Source: Escherichia coli
GTDB taxonomy: Bacteria > Pseudomonadota > Gammaproteobacteria > Enterobacterales > Enterobacteriaceae
Length of the DNA: 64,000 nucleotides
Assembly: GCF_044324785.1 (NCBI RefSeq)
Contig: NZ_CP172127.1
Reading direction: 5' to 3' (one strand)
The position numbers and the translations under genes were made by a program. Under the pieces are notes generated by a model. It was not told the origin of the DNA. It saw only the letters and a list, made by a program, of their open reading frames with translations, and ran no database searches. Positions 61,878 to 64,000 of the stretch are shown piece after piece; position 1 is the first letter of the stretch; the number at the start of each line of letters is the position of its first letter.

Positions 61878-61904
61878 CATGCTTTTTGCGCGGTCCCACC
61901 CCGC
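61878..61904 (+). terminator. Intrinsic terminator downstream of adiA
   Basis: GCGCGG-tcccac-CCGCGC followed by TTTTTTTT. Confidence 0.7.
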
Positions 61905-62105
61905 GCTTTTTTTTGCCTGTTATTTATCCTTTTTTTAGCCTGTAAAAAAATATGTACATGAGAAATTACTATAAAAATTTGTAATATTAGTAAAACTCGT
62001 TATTTTTATGCATGTTTATATTCATCATACAATTATATAACCATTTCCCGGTATCGCTTCGCTTTAGCGAGAACTGGTCTTTTATTCGCACTCAGGAGTA
62101 CATGT

Positions 62106-62867
62106 ATGAGGATTTGCAGCGACCAACCTTGTATTGTTTTATTGACTGAAAAAGATGTCTGGATAAGGGTGAATGGGAAAGAACCTATTAGCCTTAAAGC
62201 TAACCATATGGCGTTATTAAATTGTGAAAATAATATTATCGACGTCTCCTCTCTTAATAACACTTTGGTTGCTCATATTAGTCACGACATCATCAAAGAT
62301 TACCTCCGGTTTCTGAATAAAGATCTCTCGCAAATACCAGTATGGCAACGTAGCGCTACGCCCATCCTCACCCTTCCATGCCTGACGCCAGACGTCTTTC
62401 GCGTTGCCGCGCAACATAGCATGATGCCCGCTGAAACTGAGTCAGAAAAGGAACGAACACGTGCATTATTATTCACTGTGCTATCCCGTTTTCTCGACAG
62501 TAAAAAATTCCTTTCGCTAATGATGTATATGTTACGTAATTGTGTAAGTGACAGCGTTTATCAAATTATTGAAAGCGATATCCACAAAGACTGGAATCTT
62601 AGTATGGTAGCCAGTTGTTTATGTCTTAGCCCAAGTCTGTTAAAGAAAAAGCTGAAAAGCGAAAACACCAGCTATAGCCAAATAATCACCACCTGCCGCA
62701 TGCGTTATGCCGTAAATGAATTAATGATGGACGGTAAAAATATCTCTCAGGTATCACAGTCCTGCGGCTACAACAGTACGTCTTACTTTATTTCTGTCTT
62801 TAAAGACTTCTACGGTATGACGCCGCTGCATTATGTTAGTCAGCACAGAGAACGCACTGTCGCCTGA
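62106..62867 (+). CDS. adiY: AdiY AraC-family regulator of the arginine decarboxylase system
   Basis: 253 aa, MRICSDQPCIVLLTEKDVWIRVNGKEPISL...; C-terminal AraC HTH. Confidence 0.9.
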   Translation: MRICSDQPCIVLLTEKDVWIRVNGKEPISLKANHMALLNCENNIIDVSSLNNTLVAHISHDIIKDYLRFLNKDLSQIPVWQRSATPILTLPCLTPDVFRVAAQHSMMPAETESEKERTRALLFTVLSRFLDSKKFLSLMMYMLRNCVSDSVYQIIESDIHKDWNLSMVASCLCLSPSLLKKKLKSENTSYSQIITTCRMRYAVNELMMDGKNISQVSQSCGYNSTSYFISVFKDFYGMTPLHYVSQHRERTVA

Positions 62868-63003
62868 TTTTTAACCTTAACGAAGAGCTATATTAATAAC
62901 GGCATCAGCGATAACCCGGTCGATAATAATTCAACTATCGAATGCAGGCGTATGATATGACGTAATTTATTGTCACGAAGCTCGCCTTCGCAGGAGTTTA
63001 ATT

Positions 63004-64000
63004 ATGTCTTCGGATGCTGATGCTCACAAAGTGGGCTTAATCCCCGTCACCCTGATGGTGTCGGGGAATATTATGGGGTCAGGTGTTTTTCTGTTACCTG
63101 CAAACCTGGCCTCCACTGGCGGGATTGCCATTTATGGATGGTTGGTGACGATTATCGGTGCGCTGGGGCTCTCGATGGTATACGCCAAAATGTCGTTCCT
63201 CGACCCAAGTCCTGGTGGTTCTTACGCTTACGCCCGCCGCTGCTTTGGGCCGTTTCTCGGTTATCAAACCAACGTCCTCTACTGGCTGGCCTGCTGGATC
63301 GGCAATATCGCCATGGTGGTCATTGGCGTAGGATATTTAAGTTACTTCTTCCCGATTCTGAAAGATCCACTGGTATTAACCATCACCTGCGTCGTGGTGC
63401 TGTGGATCTTCGTCCTGCTGAACATTGTCGGTCCGAAAATGATCACCCGCGTGCAGGCCGTTGCCACTGTGCTGGCGCTGATCCCCATCGTCGGGATTGC
63501 CGTATTTGGCTGGTTCTGGTTCCGTGGTGAAACCTATATGGCGGCATGGAACGTCAGCGGCCTGGGCACCTTCGGCGCGATTCAAAGTACCCTTAACGTT
63601 ACGCTGTGGTCGTTCATCGGTGTGGAAAGTGCCTCCGTTGCCGCAGGTGTGGTGAAAAACCCGAAACGCAACGTCCCTATCGCCACCATTGGTGGGGTAT
63701 TGATTGCCGCCGTTTGCTATGTGCTCTCCACCACCGCGATTATGGGGATGATCCCTAATGCCGCACTGCGCGTTTCTGCCTCGCCATTCGGTGATGCCGC
63801 ACGGATGGCGTTGGGTGACACCGCCGGGGCCATTGTTTCCTTCTGCGCAGCTGCGGGTTGCTTAGGTTCACTGGGCGGCTGGACGTTGCTGGCGGGTCAA
63901 ACGGCGAAAGCCGCTGCCGATGACGGACTGTTCCCACCGATTTTTGCCCGTGTAAATAAAGCGGGTACGCCAGTGGCAGGGCTGATTATCGTCGGTATTT
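63004..64000 (+). CDS. adiC: AdiC arginine:agmatine antiporter, 5' part (runs off the window end)
   Basis: [64 protein letters not shown]...; APC family; open to the window end. Confidence 0.9.
   Translation, partial: MSSDADAHKVGLIPVTLMVSGNIMGSGVFLLPANLASTGGIAIYGWLVTIIGALGLSMVYAKMSFLDPSPGGSYAYARRCFGPFLGYQTNVLYWLACWIGNIAMVVIGVGYLSYFFPILKDPLVLTITCVVVLWIFVLLNIVGPKMITRVQAVATVLALIPIVGIAVFGWFWFRGETYMAAWNVSGLGTFGAIQSTLNVTLWSFIGVESASVAAGVVKNPKRNVPIATIGGVLIAAVCYVLSTTAIMGMIPNAALRVSASPFGDAARMALGDTAGAIVSFCAAAGCLGSLGGWTLLAGQTAKAAADDGLFPPIFARVNKAGTPVAGLIIVGI

Overview
This window reads as an Escherichia coli-type chromosome segment (the reverse complement of the K-12 map order) in two parts. Positions 1-39114 are the right arm of a mosaic, IS-ridden genomic island. 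It ends in a 19-nt direct repeat of the tRNA-Phe 3' end (attR-like, 39096-39114) followed by a tRNA-type terminator; no intact pheU was found in the window. Island cargo: a GDPD gene plus PotABCD-type ABC importer, a sodC paralogue, IS2 (intact, 5-bp target duplication), IS3-family and ISL3 remnants, IS1, a degenerate IS1-like element, a yahB/yahD-G/yahI-like cluster with an extra permease, a YadA-type trimeric autotransporter, an AlpA/YfjJ-like module, and a CP4-type terminal module (YfjP GTPase, DUF932, antirestriction, RadC, DUF987, CbeA/CbtA, ParDE) with several unrecognised genes in its variable slots. Positions 39731-64000 are core: cadCBA, dtpC, lysU, ghoST, yjdJ, yjdI, dcuSR, dcuB, fumB, yjdF, melA, melR, adiA, adiY and partial adiC. 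melB is absent between melA and yjdF. The best candidates for something undescribed are the yah-like carbamoyl-transfer cluster and the unrecognised island genes. All identifications come from reading the translations and recalled family knowledge; no searches were run.
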